A DNA stretch of 64,000 nt, from the NCBI GenBank assembly GCA_030390025.1, contig CM059432.1, forward strand, positions 66,156,001 through 66,220,000, given 5' to 3'. Positions within the stretch are counted from its first letter, which is position 1, and the number at the start of each line of letters is the position of its first letter. Shown one piece after another: positions 24,437 through 37,639 of this stretch. The position numbers were made by a program, and so were the translations under genes. A model generated the notes under the pieces. That model was not told the DNA's origin. It saw only the letters and a list, made by a program, of their open reading frames with translations, and did no database searches. Source of the DNA: Squalus acanthias (taxonomy: Eukaryota).

Positions 24437-27400
24437 CTAATCACCCTTGTGAATTCCCTTAGTGCCTGTGTTCCTTGTACCATTGCCACTCCTACTGCTC
24501 CTACGAGGTGCTTGCCCAGTGGCTACAACAAGGGTGGTGGAAGGCTGCTGACCTTCTGTTGAGAAGACTGCAGATGGCCTTGGAAGGCGACCTTGAGCAG
24601 CTCTGGGACTAGAGGGCCTGGCTTCAGACTGCATCTGCTTGGATCGGGCTGCAGCAGTCCGTGCTGGCTGGCTGACAGGCAACAGCAAGGGCACTAGTGG
24701 AGTGGCAAGAGTGGGAGCAGGAATGCTGTCATCCTGAGAGAGGACAGCAGGTTCATGTTACATGGAGCCACTGCCACTCCCCCGGGCCAGTGCATCAGCA
24801 ATCCTAGTAATCAGTTGGACGCCCTGGAACCCCTTTGAACAGTTGTATCCAGAGCCATGATGGCAGGAGTCTGAGCTTCCACAACAGCACTGAGAATTTT
24901 GGTGGAAGCTGTTTGTGCTGCAGTGCAAGCTGTGACATCGGCCAGCAGATGCTTCATCATGGTGGATTCCACAGGCGTACTGTTGGAGGTGACCACGCGT
25001 TCCATGTTGGGAAGGATGGGCTCCAAGCTCTGCGCAAAGCCCTGTGCCAAGTTGGTGCTGGAGTCCTCCATGCTCCTTGACATTGTGCGCAGGCTTTATG
25101 GCAGGCCTTCCAGTGAACCAAGCATTCGGTTATGTGGCCCCATCTGCCATCTTCTGTAGACTGGTCCATCGAAGTTATCATCTGACCTTGCCCTCCGGCG
25201 AGCTGGCACCCGCAATAACCTTTCCCCTCGCCCTGGCTCCTGCGCACTTGTGCCCGGTATCTCACCACGTGCAGATCCCTCATCTATCATAGCCTCTAAA
25301 ATATGCACAGTGTCAGTATCTGAGCTGGTGTCTGCGAATGTAAGATCAAGTGGCTGTGTCTCTTCATAACCACTATCTTTTTCCTATTTCTCCTCTGACT
25401 GGGCAGTTTCCAGTTCTTGGATATCTGAAATGACAAAGGAGCAAGAGATGGGTTGTGATGAGGGGAGAGAGAAAGTAAGAAGAACAAAGAAGACAAAGAA
25501 TAAAACTGGATGGACCACCCAGCATCGACCTTGGCACCAGACACGACAAAGGCGCACCCAGCCCAGTCGACCCTGCAAAGTCCTCCTCACCAACATCTGG
25601 GGACTTGTGCCAAAGTTGGGAGAGCTGTCCCACATACTAGTCAAGCAACAGCCTGACATAGTCATACTCACAAAATCATAACTTTCAGCCAATGTCCCAG
25701 GCTCCTCCATCACCATCCCTGGGTATGTTCTGTCCCACTGGCAAGACAGACCCACCAGAGGTGGTGGCACAGTGGTATACAGTTGGGAGGAAGTGGCCCT
25801 GGTAGTCCTCAACATTGACTCTGGACCCCATGAAATCTCACGGCATCAGGTCAAACAAGGGCAAGGAAAATTCTTGCTGATTACCACCTACCGCCTTCCC
25901 TCAGCTGATGAATCAGTATTTCTTAGTGTTGAACACCATTTGGAAGAAACACTGAGGGTGGCACAGAATTTCCTCTGGGTGGCTCAGCAGCACCACTACT
26001 GACCAAGTTGGCCGAGTCCTGAAGGATATAGCTGCCAGACTGGGCCTGCGGCAGGTGGTGAGAGAACCAACTCGAGGGAAAAACCTACTTGACCTCGTTC
26101 TCACCAATCTGCCTGTCGCAGATGCACCTGCCCATGACAGTATTGGTAGCAGTGACCACCGCACAGCCCTTGTGGAGACTAAAACCCGACTACCACCGTG
26201 CTAAATGGGATAGATTCAGAACAGATCTAGCAGCTCAAAACTGGACATCCCTGAGGTGCTGTGGGCCATCAGCAGCAGCAGAATTGTATTCCACCACAAT
26301 CTGTAACCTCATGGCCTGGCATATCCCTCACTCTACCATTACCATCAAGCCAGGGGACCAATCCTGGTTCAATGAGGAGTGTAGAAGAGCATGCCAGGAG
26401 CAGCATCTGGCGTACCTAAAAATGAAGAGCCAACCTGGGGAAGCTGCAACACAGGACTACATGCATGGTAAACAGCAGAAGCAGCATGCTATTGACAGAG
26501 CTAAGGGATCCCACAACCAATAAATCAGATCAAAGCTCTGCAGTCCTGCCACATCCAGTCGTGAATGGTGGTGGACAATTAAACAACTAACGGGAGGAGG
26601 AGGCTCCAATGACATCTCCATCCTTAATGATGGCGGAACCCAACATGTGAGTTCAAAGGATAAGGCTGAAGCTCTTGCAACCATATTCAGCCAGAAGCAC
26701 TGAGTGGATGATCCATCTTGGCCTCCTCCTAAGGTCCCCACCATCACAGAAGCCAGTCTCCAGCCAATTCAATTCACTCCACGTGATATCAAGAAACGGC
26801 TGAGTGCACTTGGATATAGCAAAGGCTATGGGCCCCGACAACATCCTGGCTATTGTGCTGAAGACTTGTGCTCCAGAACTAGCCGTGTTTCTAGCCAAGC
26901 TGTTCCAGTACACTAGCATCTACCTGACAATGTGGAAAATTGCCCAGGTATGTCCTGGCCACAAAAAGCTGGACAAATCCAACTGGCCAATTACTGCTCC
27001 ATCAGTCTACTCTCAATCATCAGCTTAGTGATGGATGGTGTCACCGACAGTGCTGTCAAGTGTTGCCCAGTTTGGGTTCCGCAAGGACTACTCAGCTCTA
27101 GACCTCATTACAGCCTTGGTCCAAACATGGACAACAGGGTTGAATTTTAGAGGTGAGGTGAGAGTGACTGCCCTTGACATCAAGGCAGCATTTGACCGAG
27201 TCTGGCATCAAGGAGCTCTAGTATAATTGAAGTCAATGGGAATCAAGGGGAAAACTCTCCACTTGCTGGAGTCATACCTAGCACAAAGAAAGATGGTTGT
27301 GGTTGTTGGAGGCCAATCATCTGAGCCCCAGGACATCGCTGCAGGAGATCCTCAGGGCAGTGTCTTAGGCCCAACCATCTTCAGCTGCTTCATCAATGAC

Positions 27401-29082
27401 CTTCCTTCCATCATATGGTCAGAAATGGGGATGTTCACCGATAATTAGACATTGTTCAGTTCCATTCACAACTCCTCAGATAATGAAGCAGTCCATGCCC
27501 GCATGCAACAAGACCTGGACGACATTCAGGCTTGGGCTGAAAAGTGGCAAGTAACATTTGTGCCACACAAGTGGCAACAAGAGAGAGTCTAACCACCACC
27601 CATTACCATCACCGAATCCCCCACCATCAACATCCCGGGGGGTCACCATTGACCAGAAACTTAACTGGACCAGCCACATAAATACTGTGGCAACAAGAGC
27701 AGGTCAGAGGCTGGGTATTCTGCAGTGAGTGTCTCACCTCCTGACTCCACAAAGCCTTTCCACCATCTACAAGGCACAAGTCAGGAGTGTGATGGAATAC
27801 TCTCCATTTGCCTGGATGAGTGCAGCTCCAACAATACTCAAGAACCTCAACACCATCCAAGACAAAGCAGCCCACTTGATTGGCTTCCCATCCACCACCT
27901 TAAATATTCACTCCCTCCACCACCGGCGAACCGTGTCTGCAGTGTGTACCATCTACAAGATGCACTTCGGCAACTCGCCAAGGCTTCTTCAACAGCTCCT
28001 CCCAAACCCACGACCTCTACCTCCTAGAAGATCAAGGGCAGTAAGCTCGATGGAACACCATTACCGCCAGGTTCCCCTCCAAGTCACACACCATCCTAAC
28101 TTGGAAATAGATTGTCGTTCCTTCATCGTCGCTGGGTCAAAATCCTGGAGCTCCCTCCCTAACAGCACTATGGGAGTACCTTCACCACATGGACTGCAGT
28201 GGTTCAAGAAGGCAGCTCACCACCACCTTCTCAAGGGCAATTAGGAATGGGCAATAAATGCTGGCCTTGCCAGCGACACCCACATCCCATGAATGAATCA
28301 AACAAATGTGTGTGCTTATACCATCTGCAGCTTGTGAGTCAGAAGAGGTTGTGGGATGAGGGAGTAGTGGGAAGAGAGAAGGAGGATTAGTTATGCAGAT
28401 ACCCTGATCATCGATCTCTGCAGCCCCACCAGTGGTCACAGCCTCAGCGATGCCCCTTCCAATTATGGCCAGCATTGTCTCCTCCATGTGAGTTAAAACA
28501 TGCGCTTGTCCTCCTCCAGTTCTTTCCTGCTGCCTGCTGTTATGCACCACCTTCTTCTGCAAGAAAGAGTGAAGTGTGTCATTGAGTGCCCTGCAATATT
28601 ATTGGGTGACGTGGATGTCGTGGTTGAATAGCTGCCGGCGTGTGCGAGCTGTGAGTTGTGGGTGTGAGGCTTGCAACTGTGCTAAGTGTGTGAGGGTGAG
28701 GTAAAGCATATGAATTGAAGGGTTGAGTACTGATTAATAGATATTGTTGGTAGGTGGGTGATGGGGTTGTAGAGAATTGAGCAGTGGTTGAGGCTAGTGG
28801 TGCAGATGGTAGGATATGCCATTTGAAGATGAACTCACTCACCTTGGCAACTCATGTCAGATCTTTAAGCTTCTTCCTGCACTGCATTCTTGTTCTTGGA
28901 GCAGCAGTACTGGCATTGACCTCTACCGCCACTTCTTCCCACTGCCTCCTGGGCATATGTCTGGAGGGCCTCTTGCCCCCCTGCGAATACAGGATGTCTC
29001 TCCTTCTCTCCACTTCTTGCACCAAGAGCTCCAGTGCATTGTCAGAAAACCTTGGTGCTCGCTCTTTCGCATGTTCAGCCAT
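24437..29082 (-). pseudogene. Three-exon Harbinger Myb/SANT gene (exons 29082-28843, 28556-28403, 25424-~24437)
   Basis: MAEHAKERAPRFSDNALELLVQEV..QWEEVA..QCRKK. Splice sites AAG|GTGAGT, TTCTTGCAG|, CAGG|GTAT and CATTTCAG| have consistent phases. There is an in-frame stop at the end of exon 1 and frameshifts in exon 3. Confidence 0.85.
25497..28297 (+). mobile_element. Second copy of the 2053-6572 LINE family, 5'-truncated just upstream of the endonuclease
   Basis: Near-identical peptides to the first copy (CKVLLTNIWGLVPKLGEL, LDIKAAFDRVWH, SHLLTPQSLSTIY...HHHLLKGN). The 3' end is CATCCCATGAATGAAT. Confidence 0.93.
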
Positions 29083-30089
29083 TCCTCAAAGTATCACAGT
29101 CCGGATTCACTTTTCAAAAATCTCCCTTCACCTTTTGTAGCCACACTACCCCTCCCCTTTAAGAGGTGCAGGTTGCCTTTAAGTAGCGCTAGCCATTCGC
29201 GATATCATGCTCCCTGCTGATGTGTGCAGCCAATGAACAGTGCGGGTAGCACTGGCTGCACACAGAAATCATTTAAAACACAATTTAACGTGCAGCCTGC
29301 AACACAATGAACGGGCGCGGGTTAATTGCGTACCATGATCCCCATGCCCGTTTTCAGGGGTTAGCCACTTTAACCCACAATGAGTGTTTCCTTTTACTTT
29401 TGTTGAGGGATTAGAATGATCAGAGCATAAACAAATCATATATTGGCACTTTCTTGTGATGTTCCACCAGTCTTTATATACATCTATTTCATCCATAAGA
29501 TTAGTAAACACGGTTACATTGCATTCCTAGTCCTAGTCACATGTGGAAGTTTAACATCAGTGAGCTCTGTTTTTGAAATTGCTCATGACTCCAAGTTGGT
29601 CACAAGTACAAATTCAGAAAATGCTCGGGGCTATTTCCTTTACATTCTAAATGAACTCATTAACACAACAGTGTTCATAGTTAAAAATATAAATGTCTTG
29701 AAGAATGTAGCGTCACAGAAATAGTCTCTCAAAGCCACAGCAAGTATCCTTCAACCCTTGAGCCTTTAAGAAAAATTCCAATGCAGACTGACCAAATCAC
29801 TTATGTAAGGACCATTTTTTCAAATGTAACTTAGATTGTTTCTGCTGGATTGAGCATTGTGTCTAACCTCATACAGAGTGGACCTAAAAATAACAAACAT
29901 GTATACTTTATCGGGATGTAACTACACTGCAATAGTAGCATACCCCTCTCTCCTGCATTTTAACAAAGTTTTTAGGTCATTTAAAATGGTATGCTACCAG
30001 CACACAGAGCAATTTCAACATGAGAAGTATAATAATGAGGGGGAGGTATACATATATCATTAAGATGCCAATGTGCAGTGTTTAATTTA

Positions 30090-30250
30090 TACATTTACTG
30101 TTTGTGGGACTTCGCTGTATACAAATTATCTGCTGCTTTTGGCTACATAACAAACAGGAACTGCACTTCAAAAGTAAAACCATTGATGGTAAAGTGCTTT
30201 GGAATCTCCTGAGGATGTGTAAAGGCATTTTATAAATGTAAGTTTTTCCT
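30090..30250 (+). mobile_element. SINE 3' fragment
   Basis: Matches the SINE body and tail at 19040-19090 plus 22436-22527 (TGTGGGAC..CACTTCAAAAGTA..TATAAATGTAAG). Confidence 0.6.
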
Positions 30251-30267
30251 TAATATGGAGACTCTAA

Positions 30268-30899
30268 GGGCTGGATTTTCTCAGCCCCGAGGAGGCGGGT
30301 ATGGAGGCGGGACTGCCGGGAAAGTTGCAGAATTTGGGGGCGGGTGGCAAACCCGCCCCCAATCCGCCTCCGTGCCCTCTTGCCAGGAGGCGGGAAGCCG
30401 TCCTGCCCTGGGTCCCGTCTCCTTGGAGGCAGGAAGGGATTAAAGCCTATTAACTGCCTGTTAACTTACCTTTGTTTCTCCCTACAGCCTTCAGCCGCTG
30501 TGGAGCCGTAGTCCCTGACATCTCCATTGTAGAGATCACAGACTGGCTGTTGGATCCTCCAATCCAACAGCCAGCTGATTTCTGCAAAGTAGAAAGGTTT
30601 GATGAGTCCTGAACACAAAGCCTCATCAAACCATACAGAATGTCAGTGTTTGACAGCTTCACAGAGCTGTCAAACGATGACATTTCTTCTTTCAAAAATT
30701 CTTGACAGATGACACATCATACGTTGACGTGCTCTGTCACTGACTTCCCCCTAATTGGCCTGCTGAGCCCTTGGGCGGGCTGAACAAGGTCAATCAGGGG
30801 AAAATCCCGCTGGTTGGCCAGAAGCTGATGGAGGTGGGACTGAAACCGGGCAAGCAGCAGTCCCACCTCCAACACGTCTCCATTCATAAAATCCAGCCC
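30268..30899. mobile_element. Harbinger MITE
   Basis: Perfect 12-bp TIRs GGGCTGGATTTT / AAAATCCAGCCC and a canonical TAA TSD on both sides. Confidence 0.93.
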
Positions 30900-31542
30900 T
30901 AAATTATTCAGTAAAATCTAGTTGCCCATTTTATCTTGCAGCTTCTTCTGTCCGACTCAAAAGTAAAATCAATTTTACAGAGAAGTAAACTAAAAATCTA
31001 AGCTTACTGCATCTATTTTTTAGTTTTTTGTTCCATTTCACTTCAATATTAGTTTATGAAGTTTTCTTCCTATAAAAATAAATTAATTTAAGAAATCAAT
31101 GGAAATCTATTAAAATAGGATAGAGCTGTAGTCTTAACTCTTGCTGTGCTATGTTGACCAATCAGGATATGGGATGTTTGATGAGCATGCAACAGAGTCA
31201 ATGAATTTATTTGTGAATGAATTTCCTACATTACAACAGTGACTACACTTCAAAACTACTTCATTGGCTGTAAAGTGCTTTGGGACCGTGAAAGGCGTTA
31301 TATAAATGCAAGTCTTTCTTTTTTCTTTGTGGGTTTGGACAGTTCTGTGACCGGAGTGGAAGCCACAGACTGTTTATTTGTTTTGTGCTGGTTTCAGTCA
31401 CTTCTTATTGTAAGCTTTTCCCTTGAAAATCATTCAAGCACTCCTGAGTTTCAAATGATGAAACTTGGTGCTCCCTTGATATTTAGGCCACGCAGCCTAG
31501 GATTTTCCTGAATACCTGCTGTTTGTCTCTCCCATTCCCCAC

Positions 31543-31908
31543 TAGGGTTGCTAACTCTGGTTGGACGTATTCCTGGGGGTTTCATCACATAACTTCCTGC
31601 CTCCAACTGCCCACAGTCCCAACGCGTCCATTCTCACAGCACACCACCTCCCTACGTCAGTTGGAAAGCACAGAGACTCTTCATTACCTGATTAGATGAT
31701 TCTCGACTATCAGTCAAATAGCCCTGTTTCCCCATCTCCAACATTTTTTATAACTAATAAGCGAAAATGTTCAAAGAAAATGAAAAAAATCGCACAATAT
31801 TTTTAATGCTCCTATGAGTTTTCTCCCTGGTTGCTCACAGCAGTGTCTAGGAGATGAATATTTAATTCCTGGAGATTCCATGTCAATCCTGGACGGTTGG
31901 CAACTCTA
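31543..31908. mobile_element. hAT-type MITE
   Basis: TIRs TAGGGTTGCTAAC / GTTGGCAACTCTA and a perfect 8-bp TSD TTCCCCAC (31535-31542 and 31909-31916). Confidence 0.92.
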
Positions 31909-32112
31909 TTCCCCACTGTGGAGTTGTTGAAAACTTAAGGATATGTGGAGAGGCTTGCTGACATGGAGAAAGCAGGCAGTAAGCAAGTGATTGTAGAGAA
32001 ACTGGAGAGCCTGGTATTCAGGATTGGTAGGAAATGCAGTAGAATGGTTGTTCAGTGGAGAGAATTACAGATGTTGGGACAGGTGGGGAGGGGGTGTCTG
32101 GTAAGAGTTAAG

Positions 32113-32812
32113 GGGGGGAAAATTTGGTCGCGCCCCCTTTGGGGTGCTAACTTCGCCGCGGCGCCAAAGTTAGCACCCCTGTACCATAAATTGAGTGGTA
32201 GCGCCCCAAGCAGGAGGCGGGACGCTACTGGAAGCGCTCCCCCTCCTTCCTGGGGCGCTACCATTCAATATTGCTGCGCCACGTGCATTGGCACGTAGCG
32301 CCGCGGTATTACAGGACTCCCTCCCCTGATTAAAGGGGAGGGGCCTAGCGCAGCTGGACCACCGGGGAGCGGGGTGCCAGGAAAACAGCTCAATACTCAA
32401 GAGGAGTGCTTGGCTGACCGATTGCGGCCGGCAACCCACATGAAGAAGCGAAAGGGCGCAAATGCTGGCAGGCGGCCCCAAATAAAAGGCTGCCCAGCAC
32501 CTGCCCTTTAATTTGCACCGCTGCGACCACAAAAACGCCACCCTGACCCTGTCAGACGTATCGTCCGGCGGTAGGTCAGGGGGCGCGACCGAAGTTTGCG
32601 GCCGGGGCACGAGCGGGGCGATGCGCATGGCGATGACGTCATCGCCAGAGGCGCAGCACCGCGGGGCGCTACCGGCTACCGCCGCTGCTAACCTCCCGCT
32701 GAATTTCGCTGGAGGCGTTAGTGGCGCCATGCCCGGGTGCTAATGGCTTTGCGCCCTGTTAGCGCTCCCGGGGGCGCTAACGTGAGGCGCAAAGCAACCC
32801 AATTTTTCCCCC
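32113..32812. mobile_element. CpG-rich Harbinger MITE
   Basis: TIRs GGGGGGAAAATT / AATTTTTCCCCC, an AAG TSD, and many GGCGCTA/TAGCGCC subterminal motifs. Confidence 0.85.
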
Positions 32813-32914
32813 AAGGAGTCTCAAATAATATTACAACAATCACATATATTACTCATACAGTGAATCCTGCTGGCTATACACTCAGAAATGACAAAAGAAT
32901 GAAAGAAAGAAGAA

Positions 32915-33030
32915 AGTAAGACTTAAATTTATATAACGCCTTTCGCAACCTCAGGACATCCCAAAGCGTTTTACAGCCAACTAAGTAAAAAATGTTTGAA
33001 GTGTCGTCTCTGTTGCAATGTAGGAAACTT
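32915..33030 (-). mobile_element. SINE tail fragment
   Basis: Reverse complement of the SINE tail at 31220-31325 (CCTACATTGCAACAG..CACTTCAAA..TTGGCTGTAAA..TATATAAAT). Confidence 0.6.
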
Positions 33031-35179
33031 GGTTATAAAATGGGCCCAATGTATTGCGCAAAGAATTACAGCAAGCTCAGCAGTAACATTGAAAACCATT
33101 GATAAATTTGTCATTCCTACTTTACAAATCATAGCAGATCTCTTTCTATATTGAGTTAAAATCAAGGTGCTGAAAGAAATACTTGAAAGAGATCACTGGG
33201 CCATTGAATGGTAGCAAAGTACAAGTTAGTCACTTTATTTGCCAGGGAAAAATCTCATTGTGTACTGGGAAAGTGGACAAGCCTAATCCACATGAATGAA
33301 CGTCTTTTTACATTTATGTCTATAACAATATTTTATCTTCTGGTGTGCACACAGTATTTTGCCTCTAACTAGTTAATATGCATGTACCTGTCAACATGGA
33401 CAGTTCTCATTGTGTTTGTAAATGAATGCTGTCAATATTAGCCTACAGGCTACAAAACTCCACATACTAACAGAAACCCCATTTTGTGTCAATTTATTCA
33501 GAATTAATATTATGCACCTCTGAACACATTAATATCATGTGCAATCATGCATAACTGTGTCTGTCAGGACATATGTAACATTGTTGGGCTTGATATCAAT
33601 GTAAAAAAAAAAGTGCATTATTAATTCAAAATTATTTTTGGCCAAAAACAATATGGTTAGATTTAAGAATTCAAATTTGTATATCACTGCTTTGTATTTG
33701 GCACAAATCATGTAAAATTTTACCTAAACTAAGTCCAGTAAGATGAACTTGTCCTGTGAAGTCAATTGTAAGTATTGCATTTAATTTAGTTAGTAGGCAC
33801 CATGGGTTAAGTAGAACTGTAAAAATGGAACCTTTATTTTTAAATGAGACTGAGCATCTGAAATGGGTTGATTCAAAACAAAATGAACGACTAACAGTAA
33901 AATAGCACCCAATCAAATATTAAACCTCTTGTGACTTGATTAGGCCAGTTTGAGTTAAGTTGTTGAATATCTAACTTTGAACCTGGAGTATGAGCTAGGT
34001 TACCATGGAGTACGACTGCAGTATCCATCTAGTTTCCTGGAAGTTTTCGGTGACCAATGGGTTTTGACTGTAATATCAATCTGTATTTGATCATTTTCTT
34101 TTGAATTACCTGACACTGATTTTACTTTGGACTTCCCTTTTCCTCTTATAAGTGGCTGTATATTTGCTCTGGCAGTGGGCCCATGATGTTCCAATATGCA
34201 CTCGCACTGTGCAAGATACCTTGTCATATGTGAGGCCTGGGAAAATCTACCTCAACATGTGACAAGTGTGTTGCATTTTTCATATAATGGGCAGTCTCAG
34301 AGCCAGTTGCATCCATTGGGCTTCAAACATGTTCACCTCAGTTTGGTCAGTTTAATTATTTCCCACCTTCACTACTAGCCAGTCACACAGCAGCACTATG
34401 TTCCTGCCGAACGCGCTGCTGCGAGTTAAAAAGTCTGAAATATGTAATCGACCCTGACTTCTGAATGCCGATGAGGCTCTTGCCTAGATGGGGTGAGGGC
34501 TTTGCATGCTGCCCGAAATACGCCTGTCAAAATGGTACAGTGCGGATCCAGTGAATAGGACGCTGCTCCCATTTTAATCCTTCGCACTCCCTGTTCTCAT
34601 TGTGTGCCAGGGGTTAAAATCAGGGCTACTTTGTCTTTTGTTAACAATGTTACCATTCTGTTAGCTGTGTTGGCAGGAACAGCTGGGATTACTGTCAGTG
34701 AGTCAAAATGCTTTGTCTCTCGGCCCTGTAAGAACCTTATATTCTTCTTGAAGGGAAACTTCAGAAAGACATCAAGCTCAGGAAAAACACTAGTCATATA
34801 TGTTAAGTAAAGCTATCTTCACATTTCCACAATAACATGATTTAATTGCAATCTCAGAAGAGCACCCCTTACTGCATCAGTGTGATTTTCTCACACCAAG
34901 GCACTGAGAAAGCATCTCTTGAATGAGATTGCCAATTTATCGGTAGTTTTACTTTGTGAATCCACCATTGTGTGCCCCTCAAAACAGCATGTGAATTGTA
35001 GATACCAAGGTTGTGGTAATGCCTTTGGTTACATCACTAATCTATTTATCAGATTTACATGAGTGCCAACATGATGCCTCAGAAACCGACGCCTATAGGA
35101 CGTCACAATGTCAATAAGCACACAGAAGTTGGTCAGAGACTAATTCAGCTCAATCCAGGAACAGGGCAAAAAAAAACAC

Positions 35180-36040
35180 TTTGGGGGTCCTGGTGCACGA
35201 AACTCAAAAGGTTAGTATGCAGGTGCAGCAAGTGATTAAGAAGGCAAATGGAATGTTGTCTTTCATTGCTAGGGGGATAGAATATAAAAATAGGGAGGTA
35301 TTGCTTCAGTTGTACAAGGTATTGGTGAGACCGCACCTGGAATACTGCATACAGTTTTGGTGTCCTTACTTAAGGAAAGACATCCTTGCTCTCGAGGCAG
35401 TGCAAAAAAGGTTCACTCGGTTAATCCCGGGGATGAGGGGGTGGTCATATGAGGAGAGGTTGGGTAGATTGGGACTCTACTCATTGGAGTTCAGAAGAAT
35501 GAGAGGCGATCTTATTGAAACATATAAGATTGTGAAGGGGTTGGATCGGGTGGATGCGGGGAGGATGTTCCCGATGACGGGTGAGACTAGAACTAGGGGA
35601 CATAGTCTTAGAATAAGGGGCTGCTCTTTCAAAACTGAGATGAGGAGGAACTACTTCACTCAGAGGGTGGTAGGTCCATGGAATATGCTGCCACAAAAAG
35701 CTGTAGAAGCTACATCATTAAATAAATTTAAAACAGAAATAGACAGTTTCCTAGAAGTAAAGGGCATTAAGGGTTACGGGGAGCGGGCAGGAATTTGGAC
35801 ATGAGTCTAGGTTCGGATCGGTCATGGCCCTGTGGGTAGTGGAGCGGGCCCAGGGACCGTGTAGCCTGATTCTGCTCCTATTTCGTGTGTGCAATTCTGT
35901 TAGATACAGGAGATGGTTCTGTGATAGATAGTAGATTGGCGGTTACGATCAGATCAGCCATGATCTTATTGAATGGCGGAGCAGGCTCGAGGGGCCGATT
36001 GGCCTACTCCTGCTCCTATTTCTTATGTTCTTATGTTCTT
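35180..36040 (+). mobile_element. CR1 LINE 3' fragment with an uninterrupted ORF2 C-terminus and a doubled 3' UTR
   Basis: ORF 35181-35804 (LYKVLVRPHLEYC, LEAVQKRFTR, YSLEFRRMRGDLIE) and a (TTCTTATG)n tail. Confidence 0.93.
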
Positions 36041-36326
36041 AAAAGCTCTTCTGTAACTCCAACAATCTCCTAAGAACATTTTTTTCAGGCTCCAGGTTTC
36101 AAAGTAAAGCACTTCTGCCAGTATCAGCTGATATTAGCAACAGGTACACCTCATTTATTTTGTTCCAGGTTACCTTTGTGCAATGGGAACACAAATCACG
36201 GGATTTGGGGACTCCAATGCTGTTCCTCCTCATTTTAACAAATGCTAATTACCTCTCAGCCGCATCGATGAGCACACACTTGGAGAGCCCTAGATCACAA
36301 TGGAAAATACAGCACAGCCATGACTT

Positions 36327-36412
36327 CACCTGACGAAGGAGCAGCGCTCCGAAAGCTTGTGATTTCAAATAAAGCTGTTGGACTATAACCTAGTGTTGTG
36401 CGACTTCTTATA
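36327..36412 (+). mobile_element. Solo Penelope 3'-end (pLTR) fragment containing a minimal hammerhead ribozyme motif
   Basis: CAC-CTGACGA-A-GGAGC-AGC-GCTCC-GAAA-GCTT-GTG (36327-36361), followed by AATAAA. Confidence 0.75.
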
Positions 36413-37639
36413 ACAGGGTGGAAACTCAGCGGAAATGGGTCTCACTCCGGAATTCATCTTCAAAACTTTGTAAACAATATACACACCAAAAATGGTAAGT
36501 AATTTTGGGGCAGTTATATATATTTATGAGTAGAATATTTTTGTATGTCACATTATAAAACAGAAATTTGTATTCCACTGATGCTTGGTTTTATAAGGTT
36601 ACAGGTGATAAATCTTGCAGTACTTTCAAGGACAATTAATTCTAAGTGTACCTGTGGTTGTTAATTATACTGAAGTAATGTAAATGTACGTGCAGTATTA
36701 CGAGCTCTTATACTTTACATGATTATGGTGATTAACTATAAAACAATTTTGAATATAGCAGCGCAAATACTATTTTTTTTAGTTCTAAATCCAACAGGGT
36801 GCAATGCAATACAAGCCTTTTCATTGAATCTCTTAATGCTCATTAGCGAAACATCACTAGAACAAACCAATCAACAACATGAAAAAACAGGGAGCATTAA
36901 GATTCTATTACTTCTAACTAGTGGATAACACACTTTTCATTTGCTTTGAGACTTTATTGCTACCTGGTATATAAATATTTTGTGTAGAAGTAAATAAATA
37001 GTTAATTACCTTTTAATCAACATGCCTTTACGAATCTCATAGATTAGAAAGAAATAGCAGTGCTACTATTTAGAAATCTGTACACCAACTAAAGTATTTC
37101 TTAGTTCACAAACAATCTTATTAAAACATTGGAGTAAATTATATGACCTAGTGGTCCAAGTGCAGAGTTTCACAATGTAACAATGCATATTGGAAATTCA
37201 GATGTAAAGATCAGCACACCCGATTTGTGGGTTACATGATTTTCCATCCATTAATTTCAATGATCAGAAAATCATACAGGTTGCAAATTGAGCCAGGAGA
37301 AACAGAAGTTCTCCCCCGATTCTCCACAGTCATTATGATTGCCAGCCACCACCACCACCACCACCGCCTCCCCCGCCACCGCCCCCTCCCCATTCCCCGT
37401 TGCCCACTTCAGCCCTGCTCACGGGACATACCTTCGGGTTGTTTCTGGCAAGGCAAGCCTCCCGACATTTATCATCTTCACAATGTTAATGAGGTCATAG
37501 GGCAAATTTTGGGCCAGCCTCAGGCCTCCGAGATGAGGCACGTGCTGTTGACGCAGCATTGAGTCAAACAGGCCCAGACAAATTTTCACCCCCAAACCTT
37601 CTGCTTATTCTGGGAGAAACAGTTCCACTGAATCATCTA

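Larger units (their letters stand above)
22639..29378. mobile_element. Formerly autonomous PIF/Harbinger transposon (Harb-B) with convergent transposase and Myb genes; LINE inserted in Myb intron 2
   Basis: AAT flanks both ends (22636-22638 and 29379-29381). Degenerate TIRs GGGGGAAAAATTGG / GTGGGTTAAAGTGG (10/14). Both canonical Harbinger genes are present. Confidence 0.85.

Noticed and set aside
32113..32812. CpG-island promoter or the 186-aa ORF 32170-32730
   Set aside because: The region is bounded by TIRs and a TSD and has a relative at 63256. The ORFs reflect high GC content.
33190..33460. Possible conserved enhancer (CATTGT and TGTCA motifs in repeat-free DNA)
   Set aside because: Short motifs alone are not evidence; it needs a cross-species alignment.
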